A stretch of 55,096 bases of DNA from a virus (Duplodnaviria > Caudoviricetes): IMG/VR virus record IMGVR_UViG_3300029267_003206, positions 1 through 55,096 of that record, one strand, 5' to 3'. Under the pieces are notes generated by a model. The model was not told the DNA's origin, ran no database searches, and worked only from the letters and a program-made list of their open reading frames with translations. The position numbers were made by a program, and so were the translations under genes. The first letter of the stretch is position 1, and the number at the start of each line of letters is the position of its first letter. This document shows positions 30,261 to 38,631 of the stretch, piece after piece.

Positions 30261-30606
30261 TGTAAGGTGGTGCGATGAGCTTTCCAGAGAGGATGGCTGA
30301 CCCAGGAGCTGGAAGAATAGCCCCTATTTGTATCATCTCAACAAACTGACTACCTTCCAAAACAATATGCTTAGATTCCCCAGCAGGAACAAGATTTTCA
30401 ACATCTGCATCAACAGATTTCATAACAGGGTAATCTTCCATCACATCCGCATACCAATAACGCAGTATCGCATCATGTGTTCCAGTATTCTTAACAAGTA
30501 GATGCTTAGGCCCAATATTGTTTCGTGTATCAGTGAAGTCTATTACATTCTTCTCTGTTACATTGCTAACAATATCTTCTGTCTTAAATTCAGCAATCAA
30601 GGTCAT
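30238..30606 (-). CDS. Beta-sandwich virion protein (capsid decoration/vertex candidate)
   Basis: GGAGG RBS; LLVKNTG motif; own upstream TATA box. Confidence 0.6.
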   Translation of the reverse strand: MTLIAEFKTEDIVSNVTEKNVIDFTDTRNNIGPKHLLVKNTGTHDAILRYWYADVMEDYPVMKSVDADVENLVPAGESKHIVLEGSQFVEMIQIGAILPAPGSAILSGKLIAPPYIGNTDRG

Positions 30607-30754
30607 TTAGTTTGCCTCCATAGGTCGGATTTGCCCTGTCCTTCCCCTCTCCACTTTCAAGCAGACAGAGTTTAGGAGTATAAGGCGGATGTTATGATTA
30701 GCGTAGGATTTTCAATTATGCTAAATGATTATACTTGAAGTATATATATAATAG

Positions 30755-30770
30755 TATATAAAGGGATAGG
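30755..30770 (-). promoter_or_regulatory. Archaeal TATA box for the fibre operon
   Basis: Minus strand ccctttatatac, same pattern as the other promoters. Confidence 0.55.
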
Positions 30771-30816
30771 CTCATATCATTTTAAGCAGATATAACATAA
30801 ATAAATCAAACTGAAC

Positions 30817-30851
30817 AAAAAAGGGTAGGGGTTTCCCAGATAGGAAACCCC
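30817..30851 (-). terminator. Terminator after the capsid operon
   Basis: Minus strand ggggtttcc-tatctg-ggaaacccc then ctttttt. Confidence 0.65.
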
Positions 30852-30914
30852 CTGGATATGCCCTGACAAAAAGTAAGAGCAGAGTCAGATGGTTAGAGTT
30901 ACTGTTCGCCCTGA

Positions 30915-31355
30915 CTAAAGCGGTTGTTGTGCATCGAGATCTATCTTCTTCCAAGTGACCTCAGCATGCCATGCCTTGTCCTCATTGACCGCATCTTGGA
31001 AATATACTTTGAGAACTCTGCCATTGAGGATAAGGGGTGCACCATCCAGGATGTTGCTTCCTTTCCCCGCAGTCACAGTGACCTCATATTCCTCCAGACT
31101 GACATCTCCTTCTCCCAAATCCATCTCAAGGAATATAGATAAATTCCCTGTTACGTTTAGGATAGATAAGAGCATCTGATCAATCTGAACTCGTTTTCCA
31201 GCAGGATCAAGAGTAAACACAAGATTCTTTGCGTTATCGACAGTAGTGCCATCTATCTCGACAGGAATCTCTGGCTGGGTCAATTCCTGCACATCTTCCA
31301 ATGATGTCATATTATATACCTCCAATAAATATGGTGGATCTTTAACAGACACCAA
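30915..31355 (-). CDS. Putative capsid decoration protein
   Basis: Immediately downstream of MCP and before the terminator; beta-rich; start probably MTSLED (31310) after GGAGGT. Confidence 0.55.
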   Translation of the reverse strand: MVSVKDPPYLLEVYNMTSLEDVQELTQPEIPVEIDGTTVDNAKNLVFTLDPAGKRVQIDQMLLSILNVTGNLSIFLEMDLGEGDVSLEEYEVTVTAGKGSNILDGAPLILNGRVLKVYFQDAVNEDKAWHAEVTWKKIDLDAQQPL

Positions 31356-31357
31356 GT

Positions 31358-32500
31358 TTAGATGGCTCCACTCTTAATGGCCTTCGCAAATTCATGGCAG
31401 TTGAATATCCCACATCCATAATTCTCATTGACGATGGCAGGGTTGGATTTTTCCCAGGTCTTGATGTTCAAATCACCGGATTTCTTCTCCAGCTCTTCTA
31501 CCTTCACGATGGGCTTCTTCTTCCAGGTATAGAAACCAAGTCTTCGACCTTTCTGGCAGACATAGGCAACACCTTGCCACATCCTTTCGGATACAAGGAA
31601 ATTGATTCCAGCTGTCTTCCCGATCTCTCCATTCAACAGAACAGAGTTATCTCCATATCTGCTTGCGTCTGTGAACCTTTCATCTTTTTCAAGATCATTC
31701 ATCTGGTTCTCATGAGTAACACAAGTGTCTGCTTTCCCATAGGATGTTGAACGCACCTTTGTCTTGGCGTTGACTATATCATCCCTCTGCAAGGATCGCA
31801 CCTGAGTGGCTTCAAGGGCATTGGTTCTGGTGGAATAGACATAATCAATCGCACAGACATATGCATTGGCAACAGGTGTGAAGAACTCTATGACTCCCCT
31901 AAAGAAGTCAAGGTAGTAATCTGTTCCAAGAACAGCTGCTACAGCTCCCGCTCCAAAGTCTGCCGTGAGGCTGGTGACTTCTAAGATTTTGTCATGTGCC
32001 AGATTGAACCGTTTTGCAGCCCCAGTTCCAGCTGTCAGGTTCTCAGCAGCAATAACTGTGGCATCGAAAACTTCGTTCCAGGTGCGGGCATCTGCTTTTC
32101 TTGCCATACCAGCAGCAAGAGCAGTTTCTGTTTCCCTGATAGCATCTATATCCATATCATCAATGGCATCTTCGTAAACTGTTTCAGAGTGACCAAATTT
32201 GGTTGGAGTGGAATCCACTGTGCTAAACACTTCTGGAGTCCCTACAGGCGGGACATCATCACCTGCATTAAAATCTATAGCATCAGACACTGCAGCAGAT
32301 TTCCTATATGTTCTTATTCTGCCTGGGTGTCCAACAAGGGCTGAATCTTCGTGAAGTATCTGCTTCCCTACGAGCATCGGCTCAAGGTCTGCCATGATAT
32401 CCTTCGTGATGAGCTTCTGAATACCAGAATTATCTACATCTGTCTCATCAAATGTGAAGTCTTCGAACCCTATATTTCCATTTTTCTTCCTGACTTTCAT
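31358..32500 (-). CDS. Major capsid protein (HK97 fold) with inserted Ig-like domain
   Basis: Follows protease and scaffold; TPTKFG...LAAGMARKAD; LLNGEIGKTAGINFLVS; insert GTDYYLDFFRGVIEF. Confidence 0.88.
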   Translation of the reverse strand: MKVRKKNGNIGFEDFTFDETDVDNSGIQKLITKDIMADLEPMLVGKQILHEDSALVGHPGRIRTYRKSAAVSDAIDFNAGDDVPPVGTPEVFSTVDSTPTKFGHSETVYEDAIDDMDIDAIRETETALAAGMARKADARTWNEVFDATVIAAENLTAGTGAAKRFNLAHDKILEVTSLTADFGAGAVAAVLGTDYYLDFFRGVIEFFTPVANAYVCAIDYVYSTRTNALEATQVRSLQRDDIVNAKTKVRSTSYGKADTCVTHENQMNDLEKDERFTDASRYGDNSVLLNGEIGKTAGINFLVSERMWQGVAYVCQKGRRLGFYTWKKKPIVKVEELEKKSGDLNIKTWEKSNPAIVNENYGCGIFNCHEFAKAIKSGAI

Positions 32501-32540
32501 TTAAAAACCATCCTGAGTTTTTGATTTTCAATCGTGGAAG

Positions 32541-33161
32541 TTAGAACTTTACTCCGTTCGCTCTGCCATAAATAAGGGCAGCGGCTCCAGCTCCTGGAAC
32601 CCATCCTTCTGTAAAGTTCTCATGATCGCCTTCTCCGGCTCCTGCCTGAGCAGGGGGTTGCTGTCCAGCTTCCTGACTGACAGGTGGTTTAGCTTGAGCA
32701 GGAGGGTCTGAAGAACCTTCTCCATCTGGAGTGAGAGGAGTGGCTGGAGATGCAGGTGGGATAGCAGGCTGAGGAGCAGGCGGGGTAGCTGGATTAGCAG
32801 GAGGAGCACCATCATTGGTCCCATTCTTGAGAGCTGAGATAGCACCATTCTGCTCAGACATCTTCGCTGTCAAAGCAGACAAAACTTCCATCTGCTTGTT
32901 TGAAAGCTCTTCCATCTTCTTGAGCCTTTCTTCAAGACCTTCTGGCATCTTTGGTTTTTTATCATCTTCCTCTGGAGGTTTAGTAGGATCTTCTTCCTCC
33001 TTTGGCTTGACAACATATTGACCATTTTGCAGTTCAACGTGAAACTTAGTAGCATCTATAGCTACAGTTCCTTCCGCAGAGACTGTTTTGGTATCCACTC
33101 CCATTTCCTGTAAAGACTTCAGGATGTCGGAGTAGGAGTCAGATTGAGGTTTGTCTGTCAA
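32541..33161 (-). CDS. Capsid scaffolding protein
   Basis: Between protease and MCP; coiled-coil plus Pro/Ala-rich region; GGAGG RBS with TTG start. Confidence 0.75.
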   Translation of the reverse strand: MTDKPQSDSYSDILKSLQEMGVDTKTVSAEGTVAIDATKFHVELQNGQYVVKPKEEEDPTKPPEEDDKKPKMPEGLEERLKKMEELSNKQMEVLSALTAKMSEQNGAISALKNGTNDGAPPANPATPPAPQPAIPPASPATPLTPDGEGSSDPPAQAKPPVSQEAGQQPPAQAGAGEGDHENFTEGWVPGAGAAALIYGRANGVKF

Positions 33162-33202
33162 ATTAATTCCTCCAACTGAGTGATATAATATATTAGTGAA
33201 TA

Positions 33203-33216
33203 TATATAAAGGTATG
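33203..33216 (-). promoter_or_regulatory. Archaeal TATA box for scaffold-MCP transcript
   Basis: Minus strand cataccTTTATATA about 40 nt upstream of the start. Confidence 0.6.
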
Positions 33217-33267
33217 TGTAGTATAGTATATGGAAGTTAAAAATGGCATATTTTCATAGAATACATC

Positions 33268-36200
33268 TCAATTATTAAGTTGCCTGGGGGTAATACCAGA
33301 TGGGAAAACTTTACAGCTATCTCCCTGGCAGGCTTTTAGAATTTGAGATGATTCAACGGCTGGACTATGACATATAGCAACACCTGTATATGCCATCCAC
33401 ATAGCCATTTGACTGCTGTCTAATTCATGAGCTACCTCTGCTGACGTTTGAAATGTGCCATCTAAGATAGCTTTAATACCATCTTCATCTGTTACAATAC
33501 CTTGAAATTTCGATGCTCCTTTATGCACCTTATTGTCTTCCTTACATGTCCACTCTAAATCATCATCCCATTCTACCTTTGTCATGATTCCTATTCTGCT
33601 TACTTCTTTATTATCATGGAAGTAGTTGATATAAGCCAGATTGGTTCCACGATGCCAAGGTTCCAATTGTGCTTTCTTAACAGATGATCTTGGATATATC
33701 TTCCCTTTAAATCGCCCCTCTCGGAAGAGAAGTCCTTCTACCTCCAAATATCCCTCATTGTTTATGTGTGTCTGAGTGATGCTAAAATCTTCGTGACCTA
33801 CGTCAAAAATCTCCTTCTTTGCTCCCGGAATAATCTTCCAGAAACCAACATCACCTTTCACCCTGAAAACATTTTTCACCCGTTCACCTTCCACCTTAAT
33901 TTCCATATAGTCTCCATCAATATTCTCTATAACAGCGATTCCTTCATCAAGAAGTTCTATCTGAGACAGTAAGGATTTAGACTGATTGAGGGTGTGTCCG
34001 GGAGGCAGATACCCATCAACCTGGGCTAATTTAGGGCTTCTAAGTGCCAACGAAGAGAATGTTTCTCGAAGTAGAGGATTCGATTCACATGTAAATGAGA
34101 ATGTCTGCCCCCCAAACACGAAGTTAAGATGCCATTGTTCTCTATTCTCTGTGCTGATCCCCTTGAAAATCTGATGCTGTAGAGAGAAATAAGAATCATG
34201 TGGGTTCTCAAGATGCTTAGGTAATTCCATCTCTACACCAGGTAATCTTTCATTCAGATCATTTCGGAAAGCAGACCTAATTTCTCGTCTGTTCTTCCCA
34301 GAATCTTTCTTCCAGTATTTATAATAGGAAGGTGTAAAGTTTACAACATGTCGTGGCAGACCCGTATAACCAATTGGAGGCATCCAGCTTTCATTATCTG
34401 CCTGACGAGTTAAGACAAATGGTAATCTGTTGGCTTTATATATATACCAACTGCCATTGTAATTCTTTTCCGAATACATCTTCTTGAGAACTGAACCATG
34501 ATACCAGAATTCTCTATAACCATCCTTAATGGTTAAGCATTCATATTCACCTCTGTCTAAATTTATGACATAAGCATCCCCTACCCACCCTTCTTTATCC
34601 CACCTCTTAAAGTCTCGATGGACAAAAGGTTCTGCTATGAATTTATAAGTTGGATTCTGCAAGTCTTTCTTTAACTCTGGCCAGACCTCTTTTGTGAACA
34701 TCTGCTTTACAGTAGAGAAACCTGTTTTGTTGGTGGAAAGTGTATAACAGGCAGGTTCTGTATATCCATCCATCTTCACACTACCTTTATACAATCGCAT
34801 ACAGGTATCTATTCCTTTTGTCAGTTGGCGGCGTAAGAAAAGAGATACCTTATCACCAGACACATAGGCTTGAAGAAGGAATTTGGCAGTTCCAATCTGA
34901 GGCCATTCAGAATGGTAATCCAGGTTGGTGTATATATCAGAACCTACATCTATAAGTTGAAGGAAGTTACCATCAGTTCTATATTCAACCTTATCTAATC
35001 CTTCATCTTCATTAGTCATCAAGAAGATAAATTCCGCTTCTTGCACTGAATTATCCTTTTTTGGGAAATTAATGTATTTATATGATACTCTGGTAGCCCT
35101 GACATGTGTGAAATACTTTCCAAACATCTCCATCAATTTCTTTTTGGGGAAGAGTTTAGATTCTCGATATGAGAAGAGAACATAGTTAAACTTTGTAGAT
35201 ACTTCTAAAAGCTCATTGATTCTCTGTTCAAATGTTTCCTTCGTCCACTCCCCTCCAAGGTTGAGTCCCTCATATGATCCAAAGAGAGCATGTTCCCAGG
35301 CATTATATTGTTTATAATAAGTCTTCGTGCTTCCTGTCTCAGATATATAAGGCGGATCAAAGTATGCTAAAGATTTAGATGGTAAATTTGATATATGCTT
35401 GAGGAAAGATATAGAATCAGATCGGACAAAATGTGCTTTCCCACCATCCCCACTCACATGACCATTGAATTTCTTAAGGCAGGTGGAAAGCCCCTGCTTT
35501 AAGAGCTTCAGCATTGAGATGCGATCTCTCTTCATCCTTTCCCATACTTTCTTGTGGATGCTATCTCTAAGATACCCAGCATACACCATAGTACCAGCTG
35601 AAGCAAGGAGTGAAGCTTTTGCCAGACTCCTCTTAGGTTCTGGCAATGAATCTGCTCTGCTTCTAAACCCATCCATAAACTTCTTGCAGGCAGTGTCGAA
35701 GTGAATGGCTTTGTCTTTTAAAGTTGTCATATATCCTCTCTGTGGAGGGGATGCAAGAAGCCAGTCAATTTCATCATCACTCAATTGGGTATCTTTATTC
35801 TTTACGATGCTATCATAGATAACCTGACTAATTTTGGAAGTATCCACCCCAACAACATTTAGACCTAACTTCCTCAGTGTGTATGACACTACGCCACAAC
35901 CTGAAAACCCATCCACGATGAATTGGACATCCTTTGGGATCTGTCTGACAATTTGTTCCATCAGTTTTCGTTTGGAACCTATATACGCTATAGGGTATGA
36001 CGTGAAGTCTTCCTGATCTGTTATCTGATAATTGGAATATGGAAAAGGGAAATCCAGGCCAGCCTTCCTCCTCTGCTGAGATATTATAATCGCTTGATGC
36101 ATTTTCTTTGCTTCTGCTTCGGTAGGGAAACATTTTATGATAGTTCCTTCTGGAGCATCTTTTGGGCCACCGGTGTCAGGATGCCCATGAACAACACACC

Positions 36201-37257
36201 ATTTGTCACCACGCTTCTCAACCCGCATGTCTGCCACGTTAACAACCATCCGCCCAACACCAGGTCTATTTATATTTCTCATCTGACTTCCACATTTGGG
36301 ACATGTGTAATCTTCACAATGAACAGGTGATGTCATCTGATACCCACAACTCAGACATTCACAGGTATACTCAATCGATGCAGAAAATTGAGGGTAATCT
36401 GGATTAGTCCTTCGTCTTCCAGGTATAATAGTATCTGGTCTTCCAATTCCAGGTCTTTCTTCTCTTCTCATCTGTCCCCCACATTTAGGGCATTTCAAGT
36501 CTTCACAATGACTTTCGCTTACCATCTGATACCCACATTTGATACATGCACAGGCGATACCAAAATCAATCGTATCTGCGAAGTTCTCATATTCTGAGAA
36601 GAGGTTTTTCTTTTTCAGCTCTGCCAGAACTTTCTCCAAAAATAGTTTCTTCTGGCCAGTGTAGTCTTCCAAGGTCAATGAAATCCCACGCTTTAAAATT
36701 TCTCGTAGAACAATCTGCCCAATACCATTATAATCTTTATCTGGTGATTCTACAGTCTTTTGACATATAATCTTCCAGTCATCCTCAAGTTGTATGTTAT
36801 CAAGAAGACGTGGATCATAATCATCCATAGATGTTACTAACTCGATGGATGGGTGTGGGTCAGAGAAAGACTTGAGGTCAAAAAATTCATCATCTCCCCC
36901 AACCGCATTTATAAACACATTCTGCTTGAAGGATCGGAAACGGAAAACAAGGCCAAAGGCAGGCCACTTATCAAACTCTGACCCTCCAATTTTCTGCTCC
37001 CACTGGCTCAATGTTAGTTTATGCATGTCTGCTAATTCTTCGAACATATACTCATCATCGATGGGCAGGATCTTATAGATATATATGGTCCCAGGAGATG
37101 CTACATGTTGAACATCTTTATAATCTGGATATACGATGAAATCAGTCTGCATAAGTTTATCGAATTCAACGTTATGGCAGATGCGGAGTAACATACCCAA
37201 AGTCTCTTCTTTAACCCCAGCTACTTCCTCAATGGACATCCTAATTGCTCTCATCAT
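33268..37257 (-). CDS. Multidomain prohead protease polyprotein: two Zn-ribbon repeats, D12-class N6-adenine DNA methyltransferase, two degenerate LigD-PE-like domains, C-terminal capsid maturation protease
   Basis: Between portal and scaffold; MTase motifs YIGSKRKL, DGFSGCG and YFDPPY; CPKCG.QMR...RPG.GR twice; protease-like LEVEG...NYFH...RIG...TSAEV...GVAICHSPA. Confidence 0.8.
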   Translation of the reverse strand: MMRAIRMSIEEVAGVKEETLGMLLRICHNVEFDKLMQTDFIVYPDYKDVQHVASPGTIYIYKILPIDDEYMFEELADMHKLTLSQWEQKIGGSEFDKWPAFGLVFRFRSFKQNVFINAVGGDDEFFDLKSFSDPHPSIELVTSMDDYDPRLLDNIQLEDDWKIICQKTVESPDKDYNGIGQIVLREILKRGISLTLEDYTGQKKLFLEKVLAELKKKNLFSEYENFADTIDFGIACACIKCGYQMVSESHCEDLKCPKCGGQMRREERPGIGRPDTIIPGRRRTNPDYPQFSASIEYTCECLSCGYQMTSPVHCEDYTCPKCGSQMRNINRPGVGRMVVNVADMRVEKRGDKWCVVHGHPDTGGPKDAPEGTIIKCFPTEAEAKKMHQAIIISQQRRKAGLDFPFPYSNYQITDQEDFTSYPIAYIGSKRKLMEQIVRQIPKDVQFIVDGFSGCGVVSYTLRKLGLNVVGVDTSKISQVIYDSIVKNKDTQLSDDEIDWLLASPPQRGYMTTLKDKAIHFDTACKKFMDGFRSRADSLPEPKRSLAKASLLASAGTMVYAGYLRDSIHKKVWERMKRDRISMLKLLKQGLSTCLKKFNGHVSGDGGKAHFVRSDSISFLKHISNLPSKSLAYFDPPYISETGSTKTYYKQYNAWEHALFGSYEGLNLGGEWTKETFEQRINELLEVSTKFNYVLFSYRESKLFPKKKLMEMFGKYFTHVRATRVSYKYINFPKKDNSVQEAEFIFLMTNEDEGLDKVEYRTDGNFLQLIDVGSDIYTNLDYHSEWPQIGTAKFLLQAYVSGDKVSLFLRRQLTKGIDTCMRLYKGSVKMDGYTEPACYTLSTNKTGFSTVKQMFTKEVWPELKKDLQNPTYKFIAEPFVHRDFKRWDKEGWVGDAYVINLDRGEYECLTIKDGYREFWYHGSVLKKMYSEKNYNGSWYIYKANRLPFVLTRQADNESWMPPIGYTGLPRHVVNFTPSYYKYWKKDSGKNRREIRSAFRNDLNERLPGVEMELPKHLENPHDSYFSLQHQIFKGISTENREQWHLNFVFGGQTFSFTCESNPLLRETFSSLALRSPKLAQVDGYLPPGHTLNQSKSLLSQIELLDEGIAVIENIDGDYMEIKVEGERVKNVFRVKGDVGFWKIIPGAKKEIFDVGHEDFSITQTHINNEGYLEVEGLLFREGRFKGKIYPRSSVKKAQLEPWHRGTNLAYINYFHDNKEVSRIGIMTKVEWDDDLEWTCKEDNKVHKGASKFQGIVTDEDGIKAILDGTFQTSAEVAHELDSSQMAMWMAYTGVAICHSPAVESSQILKACQGDSCKVFPSGITPRQLNN

Positions 37258-38630
37258 ACCACCTCCTCTAAAGAATCTATCTTCCGCATCATCTCATTCG
37301 CCGCTTCTACTTTATCTATAAAATCTACTTCACTGTCTATGCCAACCATCTTTAGAATAGCTTGTCTGATATTCTTGTTCTCTTCCTCATTATTCCCCAT
37401 CAGAACATCACTTTTAGCTACACGGAATATCTGCATAATCTTCTCTTTCTTTGTAGCTGCTAAGATATGTTCATAGTCAATGTAGAAATGTTCCTTCGAA
37501 TTTCCACCCATCCAGAGATCAACGGCTTTCTCGATGCGGAGATCTTTGGCAAATTTCTTCAGACGAAGTTCAAAGAATTCAGTTAATCCTTCGAGTCCAG
37601 CAGATGGTTGTCCTTCCATCGACATCAGGTAAACAGCAACTGGAATACCAAGTGTGGCTGCCTGGATTTTCCGCATATGCAATTCATCCATCGCCATCTG
37701 TTGGCTGACATTCGATGGAAGTTTATTATCCACAAAATCTACAGACATATAATCTGGTTTCATGTATGCCACCGAGTCAGGGTCTACAAACTGCTTTGCA
37801 ATTTTCTTCGCTTCTTTCTTCTTTGAATTAGATGATGGATTGCGATCATTCCCATATGTTACAATTGGTATGGGATAACCCTGTCGAAAGTTCTTCTGTG
37901 TTCTGGCATCTTGCACAGCATCAATTTGATCTATTATTCGGAACAGCAGTTCTACCCATCCCCATCCCCATTCCAAATTATGCAACTGGTTTATACGTGA
38001 CCAGATAACATCTTTATCTTGCTCAAACGTTGTTTCCCTATCCCTCCTGGATTCAAAACCCCAAGGCATCCCACGAACTGTTTTGATCATAGATGTTGTT
38101 GCACCCACCATCTGATATTCTCTAATATCCATAGTTATAAAATCCACCGCCTTCGCCTTTTTCCTATCCTGCTTTTCATATAAAACTTCAGTCAGACAAT
38201 TCCCATATATACCTAAATGCATAGGGGCCATACTAAAGAAAGCATTTTGGAAATTCGTCTTCTCTGGAGGCCACAGGTTACGTTTGAACTTCTCAAAAGT
38301 TTTCTGCTTCTCAAAGTGGAATCTATCCAACTGCATCAGTTCACAAACACATGCCTGGTATAATGCCACATTGGAAAACAGGAGGGGGTCTTTAACTGCT
38401 TGTCTCTCTAACCTCCAGAAATCTTTCCTGTTTAAAGTGTAATCTTGTAACTCTTCTGACTTAGGCTTAACTTTGTCAGATATAAAATTTAAAAATGACT
38501 TGATGCGGCCATCTCTAAATGACTTAGCAGTCACATTGTAGGATTGTGAATCTGGGTGATACTCCCTAACAGTCTTCCTAAGTTTCCTACTTCTCCCTGT
38601 TCTGTTACGTTTTCCAAATGGCCATACCAT
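37254..38630 (-). CDS. Portal protein
   Basis: Follows terL; HLGIYGNCLTEV, WGWGWVE, QGYPIPIVTYG and AATLGIP portal motifs. Confidence 0.85.
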   Translation of the reverse strand: MVWPFGKRNRTGRSRKLRKTVREYHPDSQSYNVTAKSFRDGRIKSFLNFISDKVKPKSEELQDYTLNRKDFWRLERQAVKDPLLFSNVALYQACVCELMQLDRFHFEKQKTFEKFKRNLWPPEKTNFQNAFFSMAPMHLGIYGNCLTEVLYEKQDRKKAKAVDFITMDIREYQMVGATTSMIKTVRGMPWGFESRRDRETTFEQDKDVIWSRINQLHNLEWGWGWVELLFRIIDQIDAVQDARTQKNFRQGYPIPIVTYGNDRNPSSNSKKKEAKKIAKQFVDPDSVAYMKPDYMSVDFVDNKLPSNVSQQMAMDELHMRKIQAATLGIPVAVYLMSMEGQPSAGLEGLTEFFELRLKKFAKDLRIEKAVDLWMGGNSKEHFYIDYEHILAATKKEKIMQIFRVAKSDVLMGNNEEENKNIRQAILKMVGIDSEVDFIDKVEAANEMMRKIDSLEEVV

Positions 38631-38631
38631 A

